Below the pieces are notes generated by a model. That model made no database searches and was not told the DNA's origin. It saw only the letters and a list, made by a program, of their open reading frames with translations. A program made the translations under genes and the position numbers. Source: a virus (Duplodnaviria; Caudoviricetes). Taken from it: 64,000 nt of DNA. The stretch is taken from the IMG/VR virus record IMGVR_UViG_3300005546_000011, positions 6,988 through 70,987 of that record; one strand, given 5' to 3'. Below, one piece after another: positions 27,394 to 36,605 of this stretch (its first letter is position 1; the number at the start of each line of letters is the position of its first letter).

Positions 27394-28064
27394 CGAAGAC
27401 CAAGTCACAGCCTGCCGCGTTTGCGTTCCCGCCTGAAGTGGAGGGGCTGCCTCCGGAGCTGGCGAAGGGCGGACCCCTCACCCTCAAACAACGAAAGAAA
27501 GACCTTGCCCATCGCGACAGGCTGATGTCGCTTCACGGGACGGCCGCGCGGCTCAGCGACGAAGAGGCTGGCTTGAATCACGCGCGCATCGGAAGCGAGT
27601 TGTACTCCACGGAGCTTGACCGGCTGAAGGCGCTGCGCCCCGTTCCCGCGCGTAAGCGGGGTTTCACGAAGCCCGAGCTTGAGCGGCGCATCCGGGCGAC
27701 GGCAAACAACCTGGCGGACGCGATGATCGGGCAGGGGCTGTTGGGTGACGCCTACAGTGTGCTGGCTGTTTGCGAGCCGCGTTCGAAGCGACTGGCTCAC
27801 ATTACCGAGCTCGGGCGCGCCGTGGCACGAGACGATCACGACCATTGCAAGTGCCCGGCTACCGATAAATCGATCGCCGGGCGAATCTATGTCCCAGCGC
27901 TTTCGAGGTTCGTCGATCTTGTGAAGTGCGCATGCGGGCACTTGAACGCAACGGAGAGGCTGCCTGCTGATGTTGTGGCGCTGCGCGAGGCGCGCGGGCA
28001 GGCGGCGGAGGGAGCCGGGGATGCAGCGGTTCTGAGCCACGCCGAGCGGATAGCCAATGGGTAG
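27390..28064 (+). CDS. Hypothetical protein with C-terminal Cys/His cluster
   Basis: HCKCP...CACGH. Confidence 0.55.
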   Translation: MTKTKSQPAAFAFPPEVEGLPPELAKGGPLTLKQRKKDLAHRDRLMSLHGTAARLSDEEAGLNHARIGSELYSTELDRLKALRPVPARKRGFTKPELERRIRATANNLADAMIGQGLLGDAYSVLAVCEPRSKRLAHITELGRAVARDDHDHCKCPATDKSIAGRIYVPALSRFVDLVKCACGHLNATERLPADVVALREARGQAAEGAGDAAVLSHAERIANG

Positions 28065-29757
28065 ACCTTTCGACATTGAAATTTTCTTCGGAGGAAAGTA
28101 CCTCCCAAAGCTGGCGGGCAAGCCCATCCCTATGCCAATCCCGGTCATCGTTTCGGGCCGAAATGTCTGGATTTTTGACGAATACGTCGAGGGCTGGTTG
28201 GGGATGGGCGGGTCGATTGCGAACATGGCGATTGGGCTGATGGTGCCGCTTGGAAGCGACGCCTCGCCGGGCGGGGTCGGGGCCGGAACGGTTCTGCTCT
28301 ACCGCGGAGACTCGACCTGGTTCGTTGGGAGCGGCGCCGTCTATCGCAACGGGTCGTCGATCGCCACGGCTTCAAGCGCCTTGCAGTTCATCCTCAACGC
28401 CGTGCTGTTTCAGGCTGGGCTTGCGGCTCCGGTCGCGCCAACACTCAGGTTGACAAACGAGAGCGGGAAGAAGCCGCTCGGCACTTATTCGATCAAGATC
28501 ACCCAGGTAAGATCCGCGACGGGTGAAGAATCAAACGCCTCGCCGGCGTCGAACGCGGTGACGGCCAATCACAACCGGCTGCTGATCGATATGAACGGTA
28601 TCGCCACGCCCGGAGACGGAAAGCGATGGGCGGTCTACGGTTCGGACGGCGGATCGAGCCAACTCGGACCCTGGTATTTCCGCATCGAGTTCGACTCTTC
28701 GCAGCTTGGCACGGTGACCGACAGCCTGAGCATCAACCGGCAAAACTCGATCGCGATCGAATACTACGACTTTGAGAGTTCCTCGATTCTCGCCCCGTTT
28801 GAGTTTGCGCCTCCGCCCGCCGCGACTCACCTGACGACACTCGGGTCGGTGATGTGTCCGCTCGGAAGCTACGGCGGGGCGGGCGTGAGCCCCTCGCTTC
28901 CGGGCCGTCTTGGTTGGCCCGCAAGCTTTACGCGCTTCCTGAACCCGGCTGAGCCGATAGTTCGAGTAGACGGCCGTCCGGGGAACGGCTGGCAGACAGT
29001 GTTCACCCGGCATTCGGTTCAGGGGATCATCCTGTCGGGTGACGAGACGGGGCCGGTGTTTGTGCGAGCCTTCTGGCCGAACGTCGGAATCCTGAACGAA
29101 AGCGCCGCCTGCATGATCGAGGCGGAAATCTACGCGGATTCAGGCGACGGGTATCTCGTGCGTTCGAACGGAAGCGAGACTCCGGACACGAGCTGGGCGG
29201 ATGACGTGAGGCCGGACGTCAAGGACATCAACCCGGCGACGGCGGTACTGGGTTACTATCCAAAGATGGACGCGGTTGTTGTTTGCGACGGTCCGAACGC
29301 GACCGCTCAGGCTTTCATGCGCGGGCGTGGCGAGTGGGCTCCCAAGTTTGATCTACCGGGCGCGGTGGACACGGCTGCTACGATCGGTGGAAAGCTGTAC
29401 TTGAAATTTTCGGATGGCTCGGTGAAGCCCTTCGATTCGGGGTCGAGTTCGGGGGGCGGTTCGGCCAGGTCGCCGTGGCTGACGCTTGGGAACGCGCGGC
29501 ACAGGAAAGCGGTGTTCGGCTACGAGGGCGTGATGAAGGACACCGGCACAAATAAGCTGTACGGCAATCTGGATGCAGGCACGGCCCTCGATACGCAGGC
29601 TGACGCGACGGGGAGCGAGCATATTGAGCCGCAAGTGAAGTGCAACGTAAAAAGGCTGAAGAACCTCTCGATGGAGCGCTCCGCGATCCCGGCTGGCGGC
29701 AGGGCGTATTCAATCGGGGTTCACGGGAATGTTGATGAGACCTACGTCGATCTGTAG
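28057..29757 (+). CDS. Tail nozzle / DNA-stabilisation (P22 gp10-like) protein
   Basis: 566-aa beta-rich protein in the tail region after the adaptors. Confidence 0.5.
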   Translation: MGRPFDIEIFFGGKYLPKLAGKPIPMPIPVIVSGRNVWIFDEYVEGWLGMGGSIANMAIGLMVPLGSDASPGGVGAGTVLLYRGDSTWFVGSGAVYRNGSSIATASSALQFILNAVLFQAGLAAPVAPTLRLTNESGKKPLGTYSIKITQVRSATGEESNASPASNAVTANHNRLLIDMNGIATPGDGKRWAVYGSDGGSSQLGPWYFRIEFDSSQLGTVTDSLSINRQNSIAIEYYDFESSSILAPFEFAPPPAATHLTTLGSVMCPLGSYGGAGVSPSLPGRLGWPASFTRFLNPAEPIVRVDGRPGNGWQTVFTRHSVQGIILSGDETGPVFVRAFWPNVGILNESAACMIEAEIYADSGDGYLVRSNGSETPDTSWADDVRPDVKDINPATAVLGYYPKMDAVVVCDGPNATAQAFMRGRGEWAPKFDLPGAVDTAATIGGKLYLKFSDGSVKPFDSGSSSGGGSARSPWLTLGNARHRKAVFGYEGVMKDTGTNKLYGNLDAGTALDTQADATGSEHIEPQVKCNVKRLKNLSMERSAIPAGGRAYSIGVHGNVDETYVDL

Positions 29758-29764
29758 GGGGCAT

Positions 29765-30112
29765 GTGGCGATTCGTATTCGGCAAGTTGATGGAGTGACC
29801 ATCGCGCTCTGCGCGGTTGAGAGCAATCCGCAACCCGGCGACCTGTATCTTGACGACGGGGCTCACTATGCGCTCGCCGCAAAATTCATGGAGGACTGGA
29901 AGGGTGAGACTTCAACGGGCGGAGATGTCGAGTATGTACGGCTCATGGAGACGCAGAAGGTTCGCGATGCTTCTGAGGAAATGAACAAGTGGCAAGCCGC
30001 CGCGAATGCCTTCAGAGCCGCACATCCAGAGGTGGGGGAATTCGGATGGAGAGAGGTTAAGCCTTATTGGGAGACGCTTTTTGGGAGTTATGACCGACCA
30101 GACGCTACGTAA
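29765..30112 (+). CDS. Small hypothetical protein
   Basis: AGGGGG SD then GTG; IRIRQVDGVTIALCA...DLYLDDGAHYALAAKF. Confidence 0.6.
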   Translation: MAIRIRQVDGVTIALCAVESNPQPGDLYLDDGAHYALAAKFMEDWKGETSTGGDVEYVRLMETQKVRDASEEMNKWQAAANAFRAAHPEVGEFGWREVKPYWETLFGSYDRPDAT

Positions 30113-30311
30113 GGACACACCCGCCGGGCTGTTGCTACTCTTCCTGTGGCCCGCCTTCGAGCCCGCGCTGCCTGAGCCGAAGAAGTCCGCGCATCCCTGG
30201 CGCACGGGTCCCGCCGTTCAAAAGGGACTCAGCGAGAGCCGCCAGATAGAACAGACCTACCTCAATTCTCAGAGGGGCTGGAATCATCTGGGACGGAAGC
30301 GGCGCGGCTAG
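30090..30311 (+). CDS. Small hypothetical protein
   Basis: GGGAG SD then ATG. Confidence 0.35.
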   Translation: MTDQTLRKDTPAGLLLLFLWPAFEPALPEPKKSAHPWRTGPAVQKGLSESRQIEQTYLNSQRGWNHLGRKRRG

Positions 30312-30618
30312 CTACCCGTCGTATCTTCGGCCTCCCGGCGGGCGTCCTCTCCACCTCAAGGCCGTTGTCGTCGAGGAAAGCAAGAAACCGGGAGCGGTCC
30401 ATCTTCAGGTAGATATTTCCGAAGGGGAGAACGTAGCCAATACCCCTCTTTTGACAGAGGCGGCTTGTGTACGAGGCTTCGGCGAGCTTACTCACCTCCT
30501 CAACGCTCATCTCGAATCGATGCCATGTCTGCTTCTCGCCTCTCCAGTAGGGGCGGAAGGCTACAAACTTCTCGCCGTCCGGCAGTAAGCACAGTGCTTG
30601 GAATGTCGAAACCTGCAT
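30262..30618 (-). CDS. Antisense moron-like hypothetical protein
   Basis: Protein-like 118-aa C-terminal part of the track ORF; extended -10-like TG-n-TAGGAT just upstream on the minus strand. Confidence 0.5.
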   Translation of the reverse strand: MQVSTFQALCLLPDGEKFVAFRPYWRGEKQTWHRFEMSVEEVSKLAEASYTSRLCQKRGIGYVLPFGNIYLKMDRSRFLAFLDDNGLEVERTPAGRPKIRRVASRAASVPDDSSPSEN

Positions 30619-30638
30619 TGGCCCCGATCCTACCACAC

Positions 30639-30657
30639 TTGACCCCCCGCTTACACT
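30639..30657 (+). promoter_or_regulatory. N7-spaced promoter-like motif TTGACC-N7-TACACT
   Basis: ATG 30668 lies 10 nt after the motif, with no SD. Confidence 0.65.
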
Positions 30658-30667
30658 TTTCCCGCTA

Positions 30668-33607
30668 ATGGCGAAAACAGAAGGCAGAACCGGCCTGACG
30701 GGCGGGGCGTCGAGCGACGCCTCGTTTGACGTGATGGCGCAGGCTGACAACGCTCTCGAACGCCGCGTCGTCGCATTGGAGGCCGGCCAGCGCTCCGGAC
30801 GCAGGCGCGCTCTTACCACGATCACGCCGGGCAATCCCTTCATCACAAGCCAGACCCCCGGACCTAAGGGCATCATCACGGGATGTGCGATCGAGCTTCC
30901 ACCGTCCTCGGGAATCGATTGGATAACGGCGATCTACCGGCAGACCGGGGAGCCAGCCAGTAAAAATCGCGAACAGACGTGGCGTGACATCCCCCAATCG
31001 GCAATCGACTCCAATCACTTCGAGGGCACGTTCGACAAGGAACTGACGCCGTCAACCGGCTGGGGGCTCGTTGCCTTAATCGCCAAGGGGGACTTTCCTA
31101 ACAGCCGCAAGACCCGAAACCCCGACCCGCCCGACGACGCAAACTTCCTGACCACTTGGAACTCAATCTCGATGTTCCCGAACGACCCGTCGAAGCCTGA
31201 CACGGGGCTGATCCTCGAGAACAACTTCGACCTGGTCACCAAAGCCTTCGATGCGTTTGTCGTCGTGAGGATCTACGCGCCGATCAACGGGCTCCTGACC
31301 GCATACACGGGCTCGGTCACCCTCAACTCGACGGTGACCGTCGTCGGCACGCAAAGCTTTGTCGGGCAGGTGACCGTTGGGATGTTGATAATCGTAAGCG
31401 GCCAGACGCGCGAGGTGACGAACGTCGCCGGCGCAACGATTACCGTCGATCGCGCGTTCAGAACGGGCGGCGCCGGGCTCGAGCTTTTATTCGGCCAGCC
31501 GCACACCTGGAAGACGGCGCTGGTCACACGGGTCACGCCACGCTTCAGGCTCACGAACGACGCGAGCGCCTATGCCCTCAAACCGCCTCACGACATTTCG
31601 GATGACGAGCAGAATCAAACGCATCTGGACATGCGGATCAACGGATTTGTCGCGGCCCGAAAATACGATTGGGTTCAGAACCTGTTGATCGCCGAGTCGG
31701 GCAGGCGGCACGTCTTCCCCGACACGACGCAGACGTTCACCGCGGGCGGCTTCACAAGCGACACACCCGGACTGCCCCAGCTTACCGGCGTGGCCTATCA
31801 GTACGACGCGACCGAACCCTACGACGACACGCTGAGATACGTCAGCGTCGTCGCCACACAGCCGAACCCGCCCATCGCGCTCGACACGGCCGAGCTGCGG
31901 CGGTATCGAACTGGGACGGGTACCGTGCAGATAAGCGCCGGGGTGATGATCGGGTCGGGCACTACCTTCCTGACAGACCTGCTCGTCTTGGGCGAGGTGA
32001 TCGTAGGCGGGCCGGGTGGGCAGACGGTGACGGTTACGAACATAACCGACAACACGCACGCAAGCGTAAGCGGATCTGTCAACACCGGAGCCGGGCAGGA
32101 GTACGCGATCAGCGGGCGCATTCTGGATGAAAAGAACCTGCGCCGCCATCGGTTTCACCCGGAAACGGGCGGCCAGATTCGCATCGGTTGGGGCGAGTTG
32201 GCCTTGAAGAGGTTGAGGAAGTTTATCTTCCGGACGAAGTTCACATCGCAGGTTGGGAACACGCGAACGGTTGACGACAACTTCACCACCGGCGGGACTG
32301 GGCCGCTCGACGGCGATACGGCTGCGCCCGGGGCTCCGATCGCGCCCGACTGCCAGACCTTCATCGACGGCAACGTGAAGGTCGAGGTGGAGCTGCCGGC
32401 GACCAACGTGCAGACGTTCGTGAAGTTCCAGGTGGTGATGTCCACGCAGGCGACGGCGCCGCTGGGTGATCCGACCGTGGGGCTTGAGGGCGTGAAGAAG
32501 ATCCGGAAGGGACACACGGGATTCTTCGAGTTCCAGCGCCCGCTCACTGATATCTCGACCGTTACATACTACTTCTACGCGCGGGTGCTGAACGCGATCA
32601 ACTGGGGACCGTGGAGCTTGGGGACTTCCGTACTCGGCTCGACCATCGGGCGTCCGATCGAGGATGGGATCGGGAGCGGAGTTCCAATTCTCCCGATCAG
32701 GCTTGAGAGATCGGCCACGAGCGGCTCTGGTCACACCGGGACAACGTTCGTGCTGGACGCCTTCGCCAGTGGGGTCACAGATGCCTACAAAGATATGTTT
32801 CTGCATGTTCCCGGGGAGGCGGCTAACAATCGAGTGCGGCGAATCACCGCTTACAACGGGCTGCTAAAGATCGTTCAAGTGGTAGGGTTTGATTCGGTCC
32901 CGGCCAATAACCAGGCGTATGAGATTCATGCGGGGCTGACCTTTGGAGAAAAAAGCGGGACGGGCCACACGACGACAACATTCAAGCTGGGCGCGGCTCC
33001 GAACACAATCGACGATTACACGGGCTACGCGCTGTACTTTCCGGCGCAGGCCGCGGTTGACCAGATTCGCCGGATCAACAGCTACGTCCCGGCGACGAAG
33101 ACGGCGACGATCGACGCGGTTGCGGTTGCGTCGTCGAACAGCGATTGCTACATGATGAGCCGGGGGACGTTCGGCTACCAGAATCAAAACCCGCTTTCAG
33201 GGATCATCTCAGGCGTGCCCGCGCGCGTTTACCTGGATGACCCGAAAAACGTGATCGAGATCCTTCCCGGCACGGACGAGAACTGGTTCAGCGTTGACGG
33301 GATCGAGCTGAGGAATTACCGGAAGAGCAACGGCGTGTTCAAGAACGAGGTTATGTGGAATCCGAGCATCAAGGCAAACCAGTCGGTTGGCGTGTCGTCG
33401 AGCTTTGTTCCGGTCTGGCAGTTCAGGATTCATAACGGGTACCGCGGGGGCGGCTCGACCGGCTGGTCGCTGCTGAGCGCGTACTTTGAGGGGTTTCAGG
33501 CGGGAACGTCGCCTTCGGTTGTGTATGATCCGGCCGCCTACCCCCAGCCGGAAATCGATTTTGGCGGACCGGGAAGCTATCCAAGCTCCCGATTCCCAAG
33601 CTTCTAG
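30668..33607 (+). CDS. Tail/host-specificity protein with Fn3-like and repeated beta domains
   Basis: T/G/V-rich; YYFYARVLNAINWGPWS Fn3-like end; tandem internal repeats. Confidence 0.65.
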   Translation: MAKTEGRTGLTGGASSDASFDVMAQADNALERRVVALEAGQRSGRRRALTTITPGNPFITSQTPGPKGIITGCAIELPPSSGIDWITAIYRQTGEPASKNREQTWRDIPQSAIDSNHFEGTFDKELTPSTGWGLVALIAKGDFPNSRKTRNPDPPDDANFLTTWNSISMFPNDPSKPDTGLILENNFDLVTKAFDAFVVVRIYAPINGLLTAYTGSVTLNSTVTVVGTQSFVGQVTVGMLIIVSGQTREVTNVAGATITVDRAFRTGGAGLELLFGQPHTWKTALVTRVTPRFRLTNDASAYALKPPHDISDDEQNQTHLDMRINGFVAARKYDWVQNLLIAESGRRHVFPDTTQTFTAGGFTSDTPGLPQLTGVAYQYDATEPYDDTLRYVSVVATQPNPPIALDTAELRRYRTGTGTVQISAGVMIGSGTTFLTDLLVLGEVIVGGPGGQTVTVTNITDNTHASVSGSVNTGAGQEYAISGRILDEKNLRRHRFHPETGGQIRIGWGELALKRLRKFIFRTKFTSQVGNTRTVDDNFTTGGTGPLDGDTAAPGAPIAPDCQTFIDGNVKVEVELPATNVQTFVKFQVVMSTQATAPLGDPTVGLEGVKKIRKGHTGFFEFQRPLTDISTVTYYFYARVLNAINWGPWSLGTSVLGSTIGRPIEDGIGSGVPILPIRLERSATSGSGHTGTTFVLDAFASGVTDAYKDMFLHVPGEAANNRVRRITAYNGLLKIVQVVGFDSVPANNQAYEIHAGLTFGEKSGTGHTTTTFKLGAAPNTIDDYTGYALYFPAQAAVDQIRRINSYVPATKTATIDAVAVASSNSDCYMMSRGTFGYQNQNPLSGIISGVPARVYLDDPKNVIEILPGTDENWFSVDGIELRNYRKSNGVFKNEVMWNPSIKANQSVGVSSSFVPVWQFRIHNGYRGGGSTGWSLLSAYFEGFQAGTSPSVVYDPAAYPQPEIDFGGPGSYPSSRFPSF

Positions 33608-33615
33608 GAGGCAGG

Positions 33616-34089
33616 ATGCCGATCACACTCGAATACAGTCCCGTACCCTGTAAGTGCGGAAAGCCGGCGCGCCGGATCACCGTGCCTGTTCGAAACAAGC
33701 GCGGGATGCGCATGGTCTCGATGGACACGCACGCCGAGTGCGTCACTGACGCGAGGTTCATAGCGGCGGCGAAAAGGCTCGATCGCTTTCATGAGCGGGT
33801 GCATCATCTAGCGGCCGAGCTTCGGGCCCTTCCCGCGGACCAGTGCAGCCTGCGGGCGGGACGCCTGATCGAGTTCGACATTGACACGGTTCATCCTGAC
33901 GCCTGCACCGTGCGAAGCGAGATCATCCCGACCGCGACGGTCGATGCGTACTCGCAACGGGTGCCGATTCACGCCGAGCCGCGCGCGATGAAAGGTCAAA
34001 GCGTGAAGGCGCTGCTCCGTGATTTAGTCGCCGCGGCCGAGCCGGTGCTTGAAAGGCTCGCGCGTGCGAAAGACAGGGGCGATATCTAA
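33616..34089 (+). CDS. Hypothetical protein
   Basis: AGGAGG SD. Confidence 0.6.
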   Translation: MPITLEYSPVPCKCGKPARRITVPVRNKRGMRMVSMDTHAECVTDARFIAAAKRLDRFHERVHHLAAELRALPADQCSLRAGRLIEFDIDTVHPDACTVRSEIIPTATVDAYSQRVPIHAEPRAMKGQSVKALLRDLVAAAEPVLERLARAKDRGDI

Positions 34090-34099
34090 GCCGGGGGAT

Positions 34100-34118
34100 T
34101 TGACGCCGGGCTTACACT
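34100..34118 (+). promoter_or_regulatory. N7-spaced promoter-like motif TTGACG-N7-TACACT
   Basis: ATG 34129 lies 10 nt after the motif, with no SD. Confidence 0.65.
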
Positions 34119-34128
34119 CTTCGCGCTT

Positions 34129-34689
34129 ATGTCGTTCATTTCGGACTTGTTCATGGGCAGCCGCCCCGACTACCGCCAGGTGGGCGGTTCTCAGCCCTAC
34201 ATAGACGCGATCGGTGAAGCCGGCGATGTTGGTCTAGGCAAGGCAGGCAGGTTCGCCAAGCAAGACCTGATAGCCGCGCGAGAGGGAAGGACCGAAGAGA
34301 TGGGCCGCCTGCGGCCTGTTATCTCGGCGATCAACGCCCGGACGGCTTCCGACTATACGACGGGCCGCAGACAGATGTCCAAGGACCTCGCCTTCGGAGT
34401 TGACCCGATGCTTTCGGCCTCTCTCGACTCTGAACTAACTGGCAGGCTCAACGAAAACGCGGGCGTGCAGTATGCGCAGGCAGCCGGGGGTGCGTACAAC
34501 GACGCCGAGCAAACCTTTGAGGGGTCGCGCAGGTTCCGCGACGACCTGAAGTATCGGTCGGCGGTGGATCAGGCTAACGCCTACCAGCGCTCGATGTATG
34601 ACGCTACGCGCAAAGGCGGGCTGTTTTCGGCCGACACAATAGGACGAGGGGTGGCGGCGTTCGCCGGGGGCGCGGGTGCGGCGCTCTAA
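34129..34689 (+). CDS. Ejection/pilot-like protein
   Basis: A/G/Q-rich helical protein ending in a G/A-rich hydrophobic tail, typical of podovirus DNA-transfer proteins. Confidence 0.5.
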   Translation: MSFISDLFMGSRPDYRQVGGSQPYIDAIGEAGDVGLGKAGRFAKQDLIAAREGRTEEMGRLRPVISAINARTASDYTTGRRQMSKDLAFGVDPMLSASLDSELTGRLNENAGVQYAQAAGGAYNDAEQTFEGSRRFRDDLKYRSAVDQANAYQRSMYDATRKGGLFSADTIGRGVAAFAGGAGAAL

Positions 34690-34695
34690 TTCGAA

Positions 34696-34710
34696 CCCGC
34701 AAATTGCGGG
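34696..34710. promoter_or_regulatory. Dispersed palindrome copy 5
   Basis: CCCGCAAATTGCGGG abutting the SD of the holin-like gene. Confidence 0.6.
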
Positions 34711-34719
34711 AAGGTCCTG

Positions 34720-35001
34720 ATGATTGACTTCTCCCACCTTACAGTAACCGATCTCCTGAACTGGGCGACGCGAATCGTAACCGGCGCAACCGCCGTTCGA
34801 ATCGGGCTCCACTGGGCACGGCAGGGCTTGGCGATTTGGATTGAGCCGGGCGCGAGCTTCTGGAGCTTCTACGACAAGGTGGAACTCACAATGGCGTACC
34901 TGGCCGGTTCGCTTGCGGCGCTCGGCAGAAAGAAGATCGAATCGACGATTGAAGAGCCCGTCACGCGAGCCGCGTCGCCGTCGGAAGGAAAGATCAAATG
35001 A
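34720..35001 (+). CDS. Small membrane protein (holin-like)
   Basis: Two hydrophobic segments and a charged C-terminus. Confidence 0.45.
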   Translation: MIDFSHLTVTDLLNWATRIVTGATAVRIGLHWARQGLAIWIEPGASFWSFYDKVELTMAYLAGSLAALGRKKIESTIEEPVTRAASPSEGKIK

Positions 35002-35156
35002 GCGAAAAGCCGGCAAAGCCTGTGAAGAAAACGCGGGTCCGCAAACGGTGGCGGTGGTGGCGCGGGACCGGCGTTGAAAAGAAGGGCAACGTGCTCCGAA
35101 CGTTCAAGTTCTGGCATCGCGGTCCGATCGAGAGGATCACCTTCGATGAGCGATGA
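34998..35156 (+). CDS. Cationic Trp/Arg-rich peptide (52 aa, not in the ORF track)
   Basis: GGAAGGA SD; ATGA coupling; ...RVRKRWRWWRG... Confidence 0.5.
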   Translation: MSEKPAKPVKKTRVRKRWRWWRGTGVEKKGNVLRTFKFWHRGPIERITFDER

Positions 35157-35937
35157 TCTAACTCGCGAACACCTGGAGACCTCGAAGCAGCGCGCGATCG
35201 TGTATCGGGAGTGGGGCTACTTTGCCCTCGTCGCTTTGGTCGCGGCGATGCTCGTGTGGACTCTATGGAGCTTTCGTAACGCTCAGAACATGGTCGGGGC
35301 CACGAACGCGGCCGTGACCGGTGTGATAGGCGATCTAAGACTGACTGTCCAGGAGCTTAACTCGAAGCTCAGTACGGTTAATGCGGGAAAGATAAATCAG
35401 CGACTGGATGACCTCGGAAAGTCGCAGGATAAGCTAACCGTCCTGATTGACCATCTCGACAAGAACACTGGCAGGCTGACCGATGCTTCCATCGCGCGAA
35501 TCAACCAGGTCGGCGACAACCTTGCCAGCCTTAAGGCGGTCACGGACAACGTGGCAACGCTTACGCTCAACACCAACCGGTCTCTGAACGGCGAGGGCGG
35601 TATATTGCCGAACCTGGCTCTGCTGGCGAATACCTTCAACACGAGAACGACGGAACTGGCCGGGGCTATCACGGATGCGATAAACGAGGGAAAGCTGACC
35701 GTCAGGCAGGCGAAGAAGCTCCTCGAAGATCAGAACATTCCGGCGATCCTCGCGGAACTCAAGGGCTCGATGGCGAACTTGAACGCAACGACCGGCAAGG
35801 TAGCCGAGGGCTTCAACGAATACCCGGCAATGATGAAGGCGTGGCGCAAATACTCGGAAGCTGCGGCTACGTGGCAAAAGAGAATCTATCTGGTCCGCCT
35901 GCTTGCGATCATCGCGGGCATACCCGGACTCCTGTAA
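35146..35937 (+). CDS. Inner-membrane-anchored coiled-coil protein (i-spanin/MlaD-like)
   Basis: One N-terminal TM helix then a long heptad region. Confidence 0.55.
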   Translation: MSDDLTREHLETSKQRAIVYREWGYFALVALVAAMLVWTLWSFRNAQNMVGATNAAVTGVIGDLRLTVQELNSKLSTVNAGKINQRLDDLGKSQDKLTVLIDHLDKNTGRLTDASIARINQVGDNLASLKAVTDNVATLTLNTNRSLNGEGGILPNLALLANTFNTRTTELAGAITDAINEGKLTVRQAKKLLEDQNIPAILAELKGSMANLNATTGKVAEGFNEYPAMMKAWRKYSEAAATWQKRIYLVRLLAIIAGIPGLL

Positions 35938-35956
35938 CCCAAAAGGAGAAAGTTTC

Positions 35957-36427
35957 ATGATTCTGAAAAGAGTGAAGTTGAGCTTTGCGGTTGTGATCCT
36001 GGCCCTCCTGCCCGCTTGCACCAAACAACAGCCGGGCGATCCCCCGGGCACGGCGGCGATAAAGAACTTTAAGCAGGGCCTTCTCATCGCCAAGCCTTCA
36101 ATATCAGCCGCGCGAATAGCGTTGCCCCTCGTCAAACAACTCGACGAGGAGGACCGTAAGGCAGCGAACGCGATACTGGACGACGTGTCGCATGCGCGTG
36201 ACACGTTCGACTCGAAGCTCGCCCCTTACGACCACTTCGACTCGTCAAACGCCCAGGAGGTGAAGAAGCTGGCCACGGACGCTATCGATACGTTGGACGA
36301 ACTCAACCGGACGGGGGTGACGCACATTAAGAACGCGGACGCAAGGGCCTTGGCGTCAGCGGCGATCGAGGCGCTCAGGACGGCGGCGGATATGCTTTTG
36401 AAGGCCGAACCGTTCGCGCCAGCCTAA
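35957..36427 (+). CDS. Lipoprotein (o-spanin-like position)
   Basis: AAGGAG SD; lipobox LPAC. Confidence 0.65.
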   Translation: MILKRVKLSFAVVILALLPACTKQQPGDPPGTAAIKNFKQGLLIAKPSISAARIALPLVKQLDEEDRKAANAILDDVSHARDTFDSKLAPYDHFDSSNAQEVKKLATDAIDTLDELNRTGVTHIKNADARALASAAIEALRTAADMLLKAEPFAPA

Positions 36428-36431
36428 GAAT

Positions 36432-36450
36432 TTGACGGGGCTGCTACGCT
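36432..36450 (+). promoter_or_regulatory. N7-spaced promoter-like motif TTGACG-N7-TACGCT
   Basis: Precedes a non-coding structured segment. Confidence 0.55.
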
Positions 36451-36453
36451 AGT

Positions 36454-36543
36454 GGCGGATATCGTTTCCCCGATACCCAATTGTGAGGATACCTCTTCTG
36501 CTTCCTTCGCCCGGGCCGGCCCAAATCGGCCCGGGCGGTTTTA
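36454..36543 (+). ncRNA. Candidate small RNA
   Basis: Bounded by a promoter-like motif and an intrinsic terminator; hairpins ATCG/CGAT and GAGG/CCTC; no ORF. Confidence 0.4.
36508..36543 (+). terminator. Intrinsic terminator
   Basis: CGCCCGGGCCG / CGGCCCGGGCG stem followed by GTTTTA. Confidence 0.75.
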
Positions 36544-36553
36544 TCGTTGACAC

Positions 36554-36572
36554 TTGACCCCGCGCTTACACT
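36554..36572 (+). promoter_or_regulatory. N7-spaced promoter-like motif TTGACC-N7-TACACT
   Basis: Upstream of the ejection-protein operon; GGAGGT SD follows. Confidence 0.65.
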
Positions 36573-36605
36573 CTTCACGCCCCAACTTCAATCCGGAGGT
36601 CGGTA

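Noticed and set aside
30668-33607. Diversity-generating retroelement targeting the tail gene
   Set aside because: No reverse transcriptase and no TR/VR repeat pair seen in the window
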